Source: Laetmonice hystrix (taxonomy: Eukaryota). From it: a stretch of 64,000 bases of DNA. Each line of letters begins with the position of its first letter. Position 1 is the first letter of the stretch. The position numbers were made by a program, and so were the translations under genes. Positions 1 to 10,799 of the stretch are shown here, in pieces. The notes beneath the pieces are model-generated. The model was not told where the DNA came from. It worked only from the letters and a program-made list of their open reading frames with translations, and made no database searches. Where the stretch lies: positions 46,936,001-47,000,000 of the forward strand of contig OZ249436.1 in assembly GCA_965235115.1 (NCBI GenBank). Reading direction: 5' to 3'.

Positions 1-78
1 CTCAGTCACTTTCATTAGTACTAGTACTAGTAGTAGTACTAGTAGTATACTTATAATACTACACGTAGGCCTACTCAC

Positions 79-429
79 TGCAGTGTCAGTGACATAGCCG
101 GTGATGATACCGTCCGTGGACTTGTTAGCGTTACTCACAAACTGGCTACCAGTAGAGGGGCAAAATCTGTTATAACAACATGAAATACACACCGGACTAA
201 TATGTCGACAGTACAGCCGTCGTGGAATGGTAGCAGCCCTTACTGCACGGTGCTACTGGCATCGGACCCTTGCCCAACTGGATCTCTTTCGTCGATCTCG
301 ACGCTGTCACAAGGCCGGGGAAGTCCTGCCCTAGTTTCTCACCCTGAACTTCCTGTACACAGATTACAGCTTCTCGACATTCTAATACTAGAGTAGAGCA
401 TAGGACAGGTTTAATTACCTCGTACTCAT
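79..429 (-). CDS. Possible first two coding exons (429-419 and 166-79) of a divergently transcribed gene leaving the window; product unknown
   Basis: ATGAGTACGAG|gtaatt donor, ttataacag acceptor, an 88-nt open exon and a gtgagt donor. Phases join to MSTRFCPSTGSQFVSNANKSTDGIITGYVTDTA. No family recognised. Confidence 0.25.
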
Positions 430-536
430 GTAATGTCACCTTGGTGTAAGCCGCTGGGTTGGCATGCGGGACGTCTACCGGCAAAACACGGTGTCCCCAC
501 TCGTAAACTGTTGATCACATCCAGGTGGGACACACT

Positions 537-570
537 CCGGAAGTCACGCGTGACCCAGTGCGCACGCGCA
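537..570. promoter_or_regulatory. Housekeeping-type promoter motif cluster (ETS site, 12-bp palindrome, NRF1-like site)
   Basis: CCGGAAGT (537-544) overlaps the palindrome GTCACGCGTGAC (543-554), followed by TGCGCACGCGCA (559-570), in CpG-rich sequence. Confidence 0.5.
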
Positions 571-1551
571 TACTGGCCACTTGGCGAGGGATTTTTAAAG
601 GGACACCACTGACTATCCGCAAAGACCAATGTTCATAGATCTTTGCTATTAGCAAGAACAAACGGTTAACCATAGTCTTTACCCAGTGTAGACTGCCAAT
701 AGATAATAGAGGTCTATCCTATAGCCACCATAGGGCGTACCCGGCGTACGCCCCCCCCCAGCTTGTTGGCCCAGCGTTTGTAAGAAAAAGGGTAGACTCT
801 ATATAGATAGGTACTGGGTTCATGCATTAAAGGCCTACAGCTATGTGCCTAAGACTAGAGTCCTTTAATTATTGCAGAATGCACCAGATAGGCCTAGGCC
901 TAGCATCAAATAGGACCCTACACATGTTTCAAAACTTTCGAGGGGGGGGGTAGCCTATTATGCCCCTAGATGAGGGGTGATCTACGCCCCCCCCCCCCCT
1001 TTGGTGGATTCCTGGCTACGTCACTGTCTATCTTTTCTCACTTTTTCATGTTTTTCAAGTCCCCCCCCCACGATTGGCACAAACCTGGATCCGCCCCTGC
1101 CCCCTGCGCCCTCCCCTTTTAAGGGGGAGAAGGGTTCAGTATTAGTTCTGTTATGCCCTGGGGGCTTTGGTACCATGCCTATAGAGTTGGGCCTAGCCGC
1201 GCTATGCATAGCCTATGACATGACCGGGATATGATGAATCGCAGTCCAAAATGTTTTCCTCGGGCTCTGCTATTTTCCAAAATAGCTGTGCCATTAGAGA
1301 GGTCAAGTTGACAAGTAGAGAGGCCCAGCTTTAAAACAATTCAATAATATTCAATCTCATAATTAGGCCTACCCGGTACTGTAGGCCTACCTTTAATTCT
1401 ACAGGCATGTGGCCCCGCCTTTTACTTTTTTCTCTTTGAACGTTTCGTTGGTTGGGGATGTATAACTCGCTAAAGCGAAGGAAGAGTTGCCTCCATAAAT
1501 CTCCAATTTTCACCTACGCCCTGCAGGTCTTTTAAAAATTAGTTTCATTAA

Positions 1552-2070
1552 AGGGGCATGCTATGAAACACGTTTTTGCGGCAATTATCCAACATGACCG
1601 TGTACTAGGGATCCAAGTAAATAATCCTACCACAGCATTTTGTCCTCCGACGTGTTTTCGCTGCGTATGCAGCACAAGTATACGACCAAACCTAGGCCTA
1701 TAGATTTTTCCCGATAGCACATCTCCCGCCATAATTTGGCGGACAACCCCCCCATCAACCCGCGTAATTGCATACTGTGTCACATCCTGTGTGTGCACGC
1801 TCTGCATGTGCTTAGTCACGTGCCTTGCTTAGTTGTAAACAATTCAGCAGTGGCACTCGATCGCCCGGCATCAGAATGCCACCCAAAAAATATTTTATGC
1901 AATCGGCAGAGAAGCGGCAAGGGAGCTTAATAAACTTCGATTTCTCACGCAAAATGAAACTGATAAGTCTGTCTTTGTTTACTAAGCAATTTTAATGAAG
2001 GATCTCTTTATGAAAACAGCAAAAGTTCTATGAAATACCGATTTTTAACGTTTCCTCATAATATGCCGCT
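1552..2070. mobile_element. Kolobok-like non-autonomous DNA transposon
   Basis: TTAA on both sides (1548-1551, 2071-2074). Imperfect TIRs AGGGGCATGCTATGA / AGCGGCATATTATGA (12/15) with AG termini. Confidence 0.6.
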
Positions 2071-2108
2071 TTAAAACAAATGGCTCCTTGAGATCCACTT
2101 CGACACTT

Positions 2109-2165
2109 GCGCCCTCTGGAGGGTCTTGTAAACACCTCGCATTGCAACTCACTGCCACCTGGTGG
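2109..2165 (-). promoter_or_regulatory. Pair of CTCF-like motifs
   Basis: Minus strand reads CCACCAGGTGGCAG (2152-2165) and CCTCCAGAGGGCGC (2109-2122), against the consensus CCASYAGRKGGCRS. Confidence 0.55.
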
Positions 2166-3479
2166 TAAAGTCCCGCATTATCACTGTCTGATTGATGGTG
2201 ATTTGGGGGACGCTCTCCTCATGCCAGCCACAGAACGAGTGTTGGAGAAGATATAGGTATAAAACGGTAATGTCTAGCTGTTCAGCATAACTTCGCATCA
2301 ATGAATCTAACCTTCTGTTGCGTGACGTCAAATGTCTTTCTCCTATCCGGCCAGAGTGTAATTGTAGGGGGCCTACCGGGTAACACTGGTTTTCTAGGAT
2401 GTGTTTGACATGCAGGGCCGGAAGGGCCTTACTATATACAATATGGTTCCTACATAAAATGTATATCAATTATTCTTAGGTTTCATAAATCACTTCTCAA
2501 ATATTAAGGAACGAAAAATCTCTATTTCGATGCGACTATCTTTGAGAGTTGGGGAAATATATCTAAAATATAATAAGCAAGCTGTAGCAATATTGTAATT
2601 ATGTTTTCTTTATGTGGTTGCCACTTTCTTGGTCTTTGCATTATCCGGCGGGAAATCTAAACCCATGAACCTTTAGTTCTTCATTATTGCCGCTAGGGGG
2701 GCTAATCGCCGATTCAGTACAAGTGACCTTTGTTCAGTCACAGGCTTACTTAGTCTAACTTACTAAGTTAGCCTTAGTTTGTTATCGAACGCTGAAGGGA
2801 ACTCATGTAAATTGATTTGATCATGTCGATCGCGGTTTCGAGACAACTCGCACAACTCGCACCCTAGGCCTATAGGCCCCTCCCCGTATGCCTGCAACTG
2901 ATTCGGAATACCAGTCAAATCGCCACAGTCAGACCGTCACACCCCCAGCGGTTGGACCGTCTCCCCTTCACCAGGGGCGGATCCAGGATTTTCAAGACGA
3001 GGGGGGGGGGGGTGCTATGGAAAAAGGGCACTTTCTCAAACCGCCCCCCCCCCCCAGTGATCGACACTCTTTGCCAAGCCCAAGGTCCTCAAAGGGCGAC
3101 CGGCGCTGGTGGTGGACCGAGCCAAGTCTTAACGTGAAAGCAAGTATAATAGAACCGTCACAATCCCTTAAAATGAAAAAAGTCAAACCGACACAGAAAA
3201 CCGTGGTTGACAGTCCGACCGTGTGGCGATGTGACTGGACACCAGTCGTCGGGACAAAAATGATCTAAACAGATCTGATGAATCCGGTTTCTAGGAATAG
3301 CCCGGAAAATCCTCCTCAACCACACCTTCTTTTAATTCATATCTTTCGCGTGGACCTAATATTACCAACCTATCACAGATGAAACTTTAAATTATATTGA
3401 ACAAGGAAATCTTAGTTTTAAAAGTGTTTCCTGTGTTCTTTGATAAAACAATGAGAAAAATATAACTACATGTAACTAA

Positions 3480-3704
3480 AGCCGGGAACCTGCACTATGC
3501 GATTTCAGATCGCAGGCTCTACAATTTTAAAATCGTACGAGCCTGGGACAAAATATCAAACATGTTTGATCTGAAATCTTAGCTGAATCGCAGGGCCTGC
3601 GATCTGAAATCGTAAGTGGCACCGGAACCCATTATGCGACAAATGGTCACGACATGAATCGTACCTGAATCGTAAGGTCAAAATCGCATAGTGGGTTCCG
3701 GCCT
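3480..3704. mobile_element. PIF/Harbinger (Tourist)-like MITE
   Basis: TAA flanks both ends. TIRs AGCCGGGAACC..CACTATGCGATTT / AAATCGCATAGTGGGTTCCGGCCT, with internal inverted repeats. Confidence 0.65.
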
Positions 3705-5294
3705 TAAATCTTTGACACTCCTCGACATGGTTTCGCTGTGCACTTGTCGCATTATAACAATGCGTGCAAAGCGCCACCTGGGAAGTCCTAGTGCCTGTAC
3801 CTCAGTATATAAGTCTGACGCTGCCAAGAGGACGAGCAGTCGCAGACACCACATGTGTACGTCCTACACGCACTTACCATGATAGGAACTTGCGTTTTGC
3901 GAACATTTTCCGGGATTCTGTCAAAATGGACCGGTGGACAAAGCAGAAACCAACTTCAAAAGTTTACGACGAGTGTATCAAGGTATGTCTAATATTGCCT
4001 TTCTCATCTTTCTGATTCGGTCGCTCAATTTGTACTCTTAGACAAGGTGAAGTAAGGTGGTCTGGTCTTGTGCCAGGAAACCAGTGCAGTAGGGGCGCGG
4101 GCGGGAGGATAGGGTAACGGCAGAATACCTTCAGTGACCAGACGTTTATTTTAAGACCAACGATCATATTTCTATGCGTATTGTTTACAAGATCTCCGCG
4201 CGTTGCGTAGTACACCACCTTTCTCCAGTGTTGTCTCATGTTTGGCCCATGTCTGTGGCGACTGTTGGTCCCTGGCCCGATCGTGATGCTGACAAAGTAA
4301 ACAGAGGAACTCCCCCCCCCCCTACCTGAGCCCTCGATCATCTCGCTGACCCCCCCCCCCTACCTGAGCCCCCGATCAGCTTTCAGACCCCGCCCCCCCC
4401 CCTTTCGTCCCCGATAGCTCCCTTCTTGCCCCACTGGAGCTGAAGGCATGCAGGAATTGGACAGGTGCCCCACACCGAGTGTATGATGCAACCCCTTGAG
4501 CTGTTCTTGGCAAATACCAACGGCATATATACTGGAGTTTTAATTCATCAACATGCTGAAGATTTAGTCAAAATCACCGCTGTCTGAAAGACTGGCGTAA
4601 GACTATTTGTATTGTGACTATTGGTCACTCACTCAGAGATGTCATTATCGACTTATACTCGCTTGTAGAACGTAACTCCAAAAAATATCAGTTGAAACTT
4701 TAAGCCAAATTTGAAAATCGACCATGTATCCAAAATCCTGGATCTGTCTCTGCAAATCTAGTCAAATTTGTGTTTGTGCTGGAAGTGCATGACTATATAA
4801 AAGTTGGATCCTGGCGGTTGACACAAAATATGAGGACACGGCCCGTTAGACCGAGATCAGGCTGGTTTCCAAGAAATCATTGTGGTTCCTTTTAGAAAAT
4901 TTGCACGAGAAGAAATATTAATGGATTGAAATCAAGCCAAAATCTCGCACTCGGCATTCATAACAAGTTCCGTCCATTTCACTGCTAACCGGAGCCTGTA
5001 ACCACAAAACTACTTCATTCTTCCCTTTTTAGTCGTCATCTTTCGTTTATTGCACGTCAGGTCCTCCGACCACAAGGTGTGCACGTATGATCCATCACGT
5101 ATAGACCTATAGACCCGTCGATTCTATGTACAAAGTGTGGTTCTGTGTGGTTGGGGGTTCAGGAGATCGGAACACGGAGAGGTGGTCTGGTTTCGGGTCA
5201 ATAAACAGTAACACTATGTCGGGTCCCACGCAAAAGAACGGTAACGATCTTTCCCTTGGTACAATCAATTCTTATGAAATATATCACCATCAAA

Positions 5295-5371
5295 ATGGCA
5301 ACCAATTCCGTAGTTTCTCTTTCACTTTATTCAAAGGGACTTAACACGGGAAACAAAGTTACAAGAGACAG
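5295..5371 (+). CDS. MTHFD2: MTHFD2 candidate first coding exon 1a (putative mitochondrial presequence)
   Basis: caaaATGGCA start context; encodes MATNSVVSLSLYSKGLNTGNKVTRD-R. The AG|gtatac donor is phase 2, matching the acceptor at 7096. Confidence 0.45.
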
Positions 5372-6434
5372 GTATACTATTCAAATCTTTTCAATCTGTT
5401 CCGCTTCTGACCGCTTTCTCCGTGTGTGTTTATCTCCGTAATTACATATTTTCAGAGTGTTTTAACGGCGTTTCCTGCGTTTTACTATCTTTCTTTCCGT
5501 GTAGTTTTAATACTTTTGACTTTTTGAATAATTCTGTTGAAAAAAAAACTTTTCGTAGTGTTTTAGGACTAACCCTATTCAAAAAGGGGATACGTTGAGC
5601 TGAACTGAGTAATTTCTAGTTTGATATAGAACAACCTTTATTGAGTCCGTATTACGGTGTTGGTACCTATGGCTGATTGTTCCTCTCTGTGTCGGATATC
5701 ATGACATCCAATTGTCTTCAACCGGGATCACCGTGACGAGGTAGCCAGTTGCCAAGAGGTCAAACGAGTGCAAGCAAGGCATGCACCATGCCTGTATGTG
5801 TGGAGGCCGGAAGGCGTTAAGGGAAAGTGAAATATACGTTAATGTGCAGAAAGTATTGAAAAAATATTTATAATATATGACCATCTGGTTGTCAGTCAAC
5901 ATATCACAGACAAGATATTCATCTTTTACCTTTAAATTAGGTAGGCCCCTACAAATGTCATCGTTTTTCTGTGAGGTATGACCCGCTCCCCCCCCGTAGG
6001 CCCAAAAGACGATCATCTTTTTCAATTCAATGACAAAAATCCAATTTCGCCGGCAACTTTTGAAAGAAAATATACCCAAAATGAAGTAAATAGAGGCAGC
6101 ATTCTATAGGCCTAGTTAAGGACGATTGAAGGTGTTTTAAGCCGATTTTCGATATTTTTGCTAGTTTACCTTCCCTTTAAGAATGCCAGTTGTGTAGAAC
6201 ATATTCTAACCCTCTGGTTGGTGATCACAACAACAATATTGGGATAGGTCCCCATCCCAATATTCTCAATCACCGACTTTCTTCTCCTCCATCACTTACT
6301 GACTGCCTTGATCTACATGACTCGTGGCTTAGAGTCTACTGTTTCTGGGGAATATTCCGGGAAGGAAGCGGCTTAGTGCCGACCGGGACTCGGGAAACCG
6401 GGATGCTGCCCAGTGGGAAGATCACAATGTATAC

Positions 6435-6556
6435 ATGGATGCTGTGTTGTCAGAAAATGTTTGTAATATTTCCGGGAAACTTTCCGGGAGAGGGAGGGAG
6501 GGGGACCCGTCAGGGATGAGAAGTCTGGGACGATGGCCCGCCGCCGGGGTGCATGG
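6435..6556 (+). CDS. MTHFD2: MTHFD2 candidate first coding exon 1b
   Basis: Open frame MDAVLSENVCNISGKLSGRGREGDPSGMRSLGRWPAAGVH-G in GC-rich sequence. Strong GG|gtgagt donor, phase 2, in frame with 7096. Confidence 0.4.
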
Positions 6557-7095
6557 GTGAGTCGCCGGATAGGAAGTATAGACTATCGTGTTTCATAAGA
6601 GGCTCCTGCTTAGGCTATTCCCCTTAGTGACACAACTTGTCTATAAGTATAGGGGCCTACATAGATCTACAGGCCTCTTTGACGCATGAATTATAGACTT
6701 ATATAGCCCTAGGCCTATATTATCGAGGTATTGCTGTCGGGTTTTATGATACAGACTATGTAGGCCCTATAGGCCTAAGTCTATAATGTCTATAGATAGA
6801 GTCTAGGCCTAAGTTAATCGGAGATGTCCTGGGGTCTTGACAACATTATAGGCCTAACTATCTTAATAGGCCTCTAGAGGCCCTTCTAGGCCTATATCTT
6901 TTCTTTCTACTATAATTTCCACACTCGATTCCTGTTGCATGTTTGTTTCTCAGCTCAGACTAGTGATGGACAATCATTTTTAGGGGGGTTCCAAGACAGT
7001 GACCATCTTGATCCCCCCTCCTCTTCTTTCACAATCATGCATGGTCCCCCCTGACAATCTCATGACATTAAGTTATGTCTACTTTCCGGGGTCAG

Positions 7096-7280
7096 ATTGA
7101 AGGCAAAGGTCATAGATGGGAAAGCCATGGCAAAGGAGATAAAAGATGAGGTCCGACAGGAAGTGGTCACCATGGTAGCGGCCGGAAACCGAGCGCCCCA
7201 CCTGGCGGCTGTTATTGTAGGCAACGACCCCGCCAGCAAGACGTACGTCAAAAATAAAATGGCGGCATGCAAGTATACAG
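7096..7280 (+). CDS. MTHFD2: Bifunctional methylenetetrahydrofolate dehydrogenase/cyclohydrolase, exon 2
   Basis: LKAKVIDGKAMAKEIKDEVRQEV...PHLAAVIVGNDPASKTYVKNK contains the YxxxK motif. gtcag acceptor, G|gtgcgt donor. Confidence 0.95.
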
Positions 7281-7418
7281 GTGCGTCCAAATGATGGCAT
7301 GATATAAAATCTTTCCAGTGATTCTGATCCAAGAATGTGTCACAGATAACTTTACCTGTCTGTTTCACAATCTGACTGCAATTAATAGGCTGTTAATAAC
7401 TGAGTTAACTGATCACTA

Positions 7419-7559
7419 CACTCTAAAAACAGATTGGTTGAAACAACCAATATTGATTGAAATGTGTCCAACCAATCTGGATTGGTTGGATACATTTTAA
7501 TCAATATTGGTTGATTCAACCAATATCTTGGCAATTTCAACCTATCTGTTTTTAGAGTA
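7419..7559. mobile_element. Palindromic MITE with CAC-type terminus (CMC/EnSpm-like), intronic
   Basis: TIRs CACTCTAAAAACAGAT.GGTTGAAA / TTTCAACC.ATCTGTTTTTAGAGTA; the interior is nearly self-complementary. Confidence 0.65.
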
Positions 7560-7719
7560 TGGGCTTTCTGGTATAGCCTAGGCCTAACATGAGGATAACT
7601 TTGATTAGGCCCTATATTAACGTATTTTAAAATAATAATTCTCCACTTTAATATCCTCCAATATAGTCTAGATGGCACTGGTCACACCATTATCTTAAAT
7701 CTATTGATCATTGTTGCAG

Positions 7720-7995
7720 GGATCAGCAGTGAAACCATAGAATACCCCGCCGAGATCAGCCAAGCTGAGCTCCTCGCCAAGGTTGACGAATTAAACCGTA
7801 ACGATGATGTTGATGGAGTGTTGGTCCAGTTACCGGTCCCTCCTCACATCCATGAACGGACAGTTTGTAACGCTGTCAGTCCTGAGAAAGATGTAGATGG
7901 GTTCCATGTGATCAACGTGGGAAGGTTCTGTGTGGATCTTATGGCACTCATTCCCGCCACCCCTGCCGGGGTGATTGAGATGATCAAACGGACAG
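7720..7995 (+). CDS. MTHFD2: MTHFD2 exon 3
   Basis: GISSETI...VDGVLVQLPVP...PEKDVDGFHVINVGR...PATPAGVIEMIKRT. ttgcag acceptor, G|gtagga donor, phase 1/1. Confidence 0.97.
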
Positions 7996-8019
7996 GTAGG
8001 ATCAGACTCATACCCTCCT

Positions 8020-8240
8020 CAGTGGCGTGTCCAGGATCTCGGGGGAGGGAAGGGGCACCTATTTTCGGGTGTTCTGGGGCCCTCAGCCAGAAAAAAATCT
8101 TTTTGGGAACGCCGGAGACGTGTTTTCTGAACATCAATGGAGTAGAAATTTCTCCCAACTTTCAACGAAATTCCATTATTTTTATGCATGAAACATAGAA
8201 AATAGGCAAGAGTTTGGAAAATAGGGGGCCGGGCCATTGG
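8020..8240. mobile_element. Short interspersed CAGTGGCG-terminus element (hAT-like MITE family copy)
   Basis: Closely similar to 15244-15505 (GGAGACGTGTT.TCTGAACAT...TTCTCCCAA...CATGAAACATAG...GGCAAGAGTTTGGAAAATAG). Confidence 0.65.
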
Positions 8241-8555
8241 GAGCAAGGGGGGTGTATAGGGCCCGGCCTGTTCAAATGTTTATCAGGTGGGAACGGAGAC
8301 TGGTGATAATTTTCAGCTGTTGGCCCTATCTGCCCCTTTCTGGTCCTGTTTTTGGGAGGTGTAGGGACCGGGGTGAGTAGTTAGGGATAAGGTCTGGGCT
8401 ATGGATCTTTACTTCCAACCAGATTTCGTGGGGTTTAAGTTATCACAGGGGCTATAGCGAACGGCTTCCCCACCCCTCGCTAGACCAGTGGCATGATCCG
8501 CCAGAATTTGACGAATTAAAGGCCATGCATATATTTGTACGGTTTTCACTGGCAG

Positions 8556-8882
8556 GAATCGAGACGTTTGGTAAGCGGGCAGTAGTTTGTGGTCGATCGA
8601 AGAACGTTGGTATGCCGATTATGATGCTGCTTCATTCAGACGGTGTGGGTGAGACGGGAGCCTGTGACGCCACAGTTACCCTGTGTCACCGCTACACGTC
8701 CCCTGACGACCTCAGACGGTTCACCTCCACAGCTGACATCCTGGTCGTAGCGACCGGCATCCCTGGACTCATCACCGGCGATATGATCCAGGACGGAGCT
8801 GTCGTCATCGACATCGGTATCAACAGAGTCAAGGATGAAAATACGGGACAGTACAAGATCGTCGGCGACGTGGACTTTGAAA
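8556..8882 (+). CDS. MTHFD2: MTHFD2 exon 4
   Basis: GKRAVVCGRSKNVGMP, the MTHFD2-type insertion HSDGVGETGACDAT, CHRYT, VVIDIGINR and IVGDVDFE. ggcag acceptor, A|gtaagg donor. Confidence 0.97.
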
Positions 8883-9051
8883 GTAAGGAGGCGACAATTA
8901 GAAAACTTTTTATGGAGAAATGGGGGAAATAAACTGTATTTTGCCACAAGGCATGGGGGAAATAGGCCTAACTATTTTATCCTCAAAGGAAGGTGCTTTT
9001 TTGCCGCCATCCTGTAATGAAAAAAAGTAGTTTCCTATCTCTTTTATGGAA

Positions 9052-9089
9052 TGAGAGAGAGAGCGAGAGAGAGAGAGAGACATACTGAC

Positions 9090-9166
<77 letters not shown>

Positions 9167-9200
9167 GAGTGAGAGAGAGTGAGAGTGAGGGAGAGAGGAA

Positions 9201-9270
<70 letters not shown>

Positions 9271-9313
9271 AGAGAGAGAGATTTAAAGAGGGAGAGAGAG
9301 AGAGAAAGGGAGG

Positions 9314-9367
<54 letters not shown>

Positions 9368-9373
9368 GAGAGA
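9052..9373. repeat. (GA)n/(GACA)n compound microsatellite in the last MTHFD2 intron
   Basis: About 320 bp of near-pure purine tract, directly visible. Confidence 0.97.
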
Positions 9374-9435
9374 GTCAGATTTGTGCGGAGTGATATCGTA
9401 CCCCATTACTGTGATGACCCCCCTCCCTCCGCCAG

Positions 9436-9560
9436 GTGTGAGTAAGAAGGCCAGTTACATCACCCCAGTGCCGGGAGGTGTGGGTCCCATGACGGTCGCC
9501 ATGCTCATGAGGAACACTCTCATCGCCGCCAAAAAACAAATTAATTACAACTTTCAATGA
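9436..9560 (+). CDS. MTHFD2: MTHFD2 last coding exon
   Basis: ccgccag acceptor; [40 protein letters not shown] carries the FolD family signature. TGA at 9558-9560. Confidence 0.97.
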
Positions 9561-10296
9561 CGTCACGCAGCCTAAGGTCATGTGAGTAACCTCTTCTATC
9601 ACTCCACGCGGATTATACATTATAGGGATAGGCCTAACTCCATGATTTTATATTAAAATGTGCATGAAAAGCATTCCTTTGAAGTGCCAGGTAATTTCCT
9701 TCCTAGTGAAGACAACTGTGTAGAATTAGAAGAAAATATTACCTTGTTTCTCGAGCTGTTACCTGTTATACAGGTGAGGTCTAATAATCTGACGTTACCT
9801 GTTGCAGATTATCCCTCATCGGTCAGTGGATCAACCCCTAAAGCTCTGCACGAAATCTGTGATCATCATAATCTCGGTAACAGGGATTTTTATTTATAAT
9901 GAATTCTGGTGTTGTGCTTGTAATTGTACAAAGTATATCTGCCAAACCGCCAGCTTCTTTAAATGTCTTGACGACCTCCGAATATTCCGTCATCTTCCAA
10001 TCAGGAAACCATAATTATCAATAATGTTTGAATATGTCTATCCTTCTAGAAATCCCACTAATTATCTGTTTATTGTACTTCACTGTTGTGTGTAAATGTG
10101 CAGCAAATATAACAAGTGAATAACGCTTAATTATTGAAATGTTTCGTGATATTATGGCGTGAAATCAGTTCGGTGATGTACGATTGGGAGATGTATGATA
10201 ACAGTTACTAAAGGCATGAGTATATATGTCTGAAGGTAGATAATTAGGGATTACATGTATCTAAATTATTTTATATGTTTTGTATGTCACATGAAT

Positions 10297-10302
10297 AATA
10301 AA
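10297..10302 (+). terminator. Probable MTHFD2 polyadenylation signal
   Basis: AATAAA about 740 nt after the stop, at the end of an AT-rich UTR-like tract, followed by a T/GT-rich stretch. Confidence 0.55.
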
Positions 10303-10382
10303 ATCGGTAAAAGAGACAGTCAAAGACATTAATTGAGAGGTTTTCCTTTCTTACTGTCTGTGGAAGAAACAGTGCTGTTTGA

Positions 10383-10799
10383 TCACCAGGTGGCGCTATC
10401 GTCTGCATCGTCTGCATTAGGCCTTGAAAAAATGGGTAATAATGTTTGGCAATTTAGCCGATAGATGGCGCCAGACTTGAATCAACTGGGCGTTGTGGCT
10501 TAGAATCGAGAAAAGTGGAAGCCCACGCTGAGTCAACGACGAAACCTTATTCAGAAAAGATTTTAGAAAATGAAAGAGGAAGAATGAAAAGTATATACTA
10601 CACCTAGAATTAATTAATATCCCGATAACCTCTATGGCCCCAAAGTGGGTTGATACTCGATAGGCGGCACCAGGTAAGGCAAGCTCTAATACGTGTGGTA
10701 TCCAGCAGATGTCACTGTTAGCGCTAGGACTGCTGCAGCAGACCCGACTGTCCCGTCACGAGCCGTGCGGTTGTATAGCAACAACCCGGCAGAGGGCGT
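10383..10799 (+). promoter_or_regulatory. Cluster of four co-oriented CTCF-like motifs
   Basis: TCACCAGGTGGCGC (10383), CCGATAGATGGCGC (10458), TCGATAGGCGGCAC (10657, weaker) and CCGGCAGAGGGCGT (10786). Confidence 0.55.

Noticed and set aside
197..540. In-frame TGA upstream of the 197-484 ORF as selenocysteine
   Set aside because: No recognisable selenoprotein motif or SECIS seen, and the region overlaps promoter motifs.
2195..2256. Third MTHFD2 first exon (MVIWGTLSS...RRYR, phase 2)
   Set aside because: Phase-compatible, but the donor is weak, the peptide is not presequence-like and there is no other support; likely chance.
149..2703. Additional CTCF-like matches at 149 and 2690
   Set aside because: Each has an extra G that displaces the conserved GGC core.
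3926..3982. Short ATG-initiated exon MDRWTKQKPTSKVYDECIK with gtatgt donor
   Set aside because: Phase 0 is incompatible with MTHFD2 exon 2, and no partner exon was identified.
9044..9406. Ser-Leu and Arg-Glu repeat ORFs
   Set aside because: Translations of the (GA)n microsatellite inside an MTHFD2 intron.
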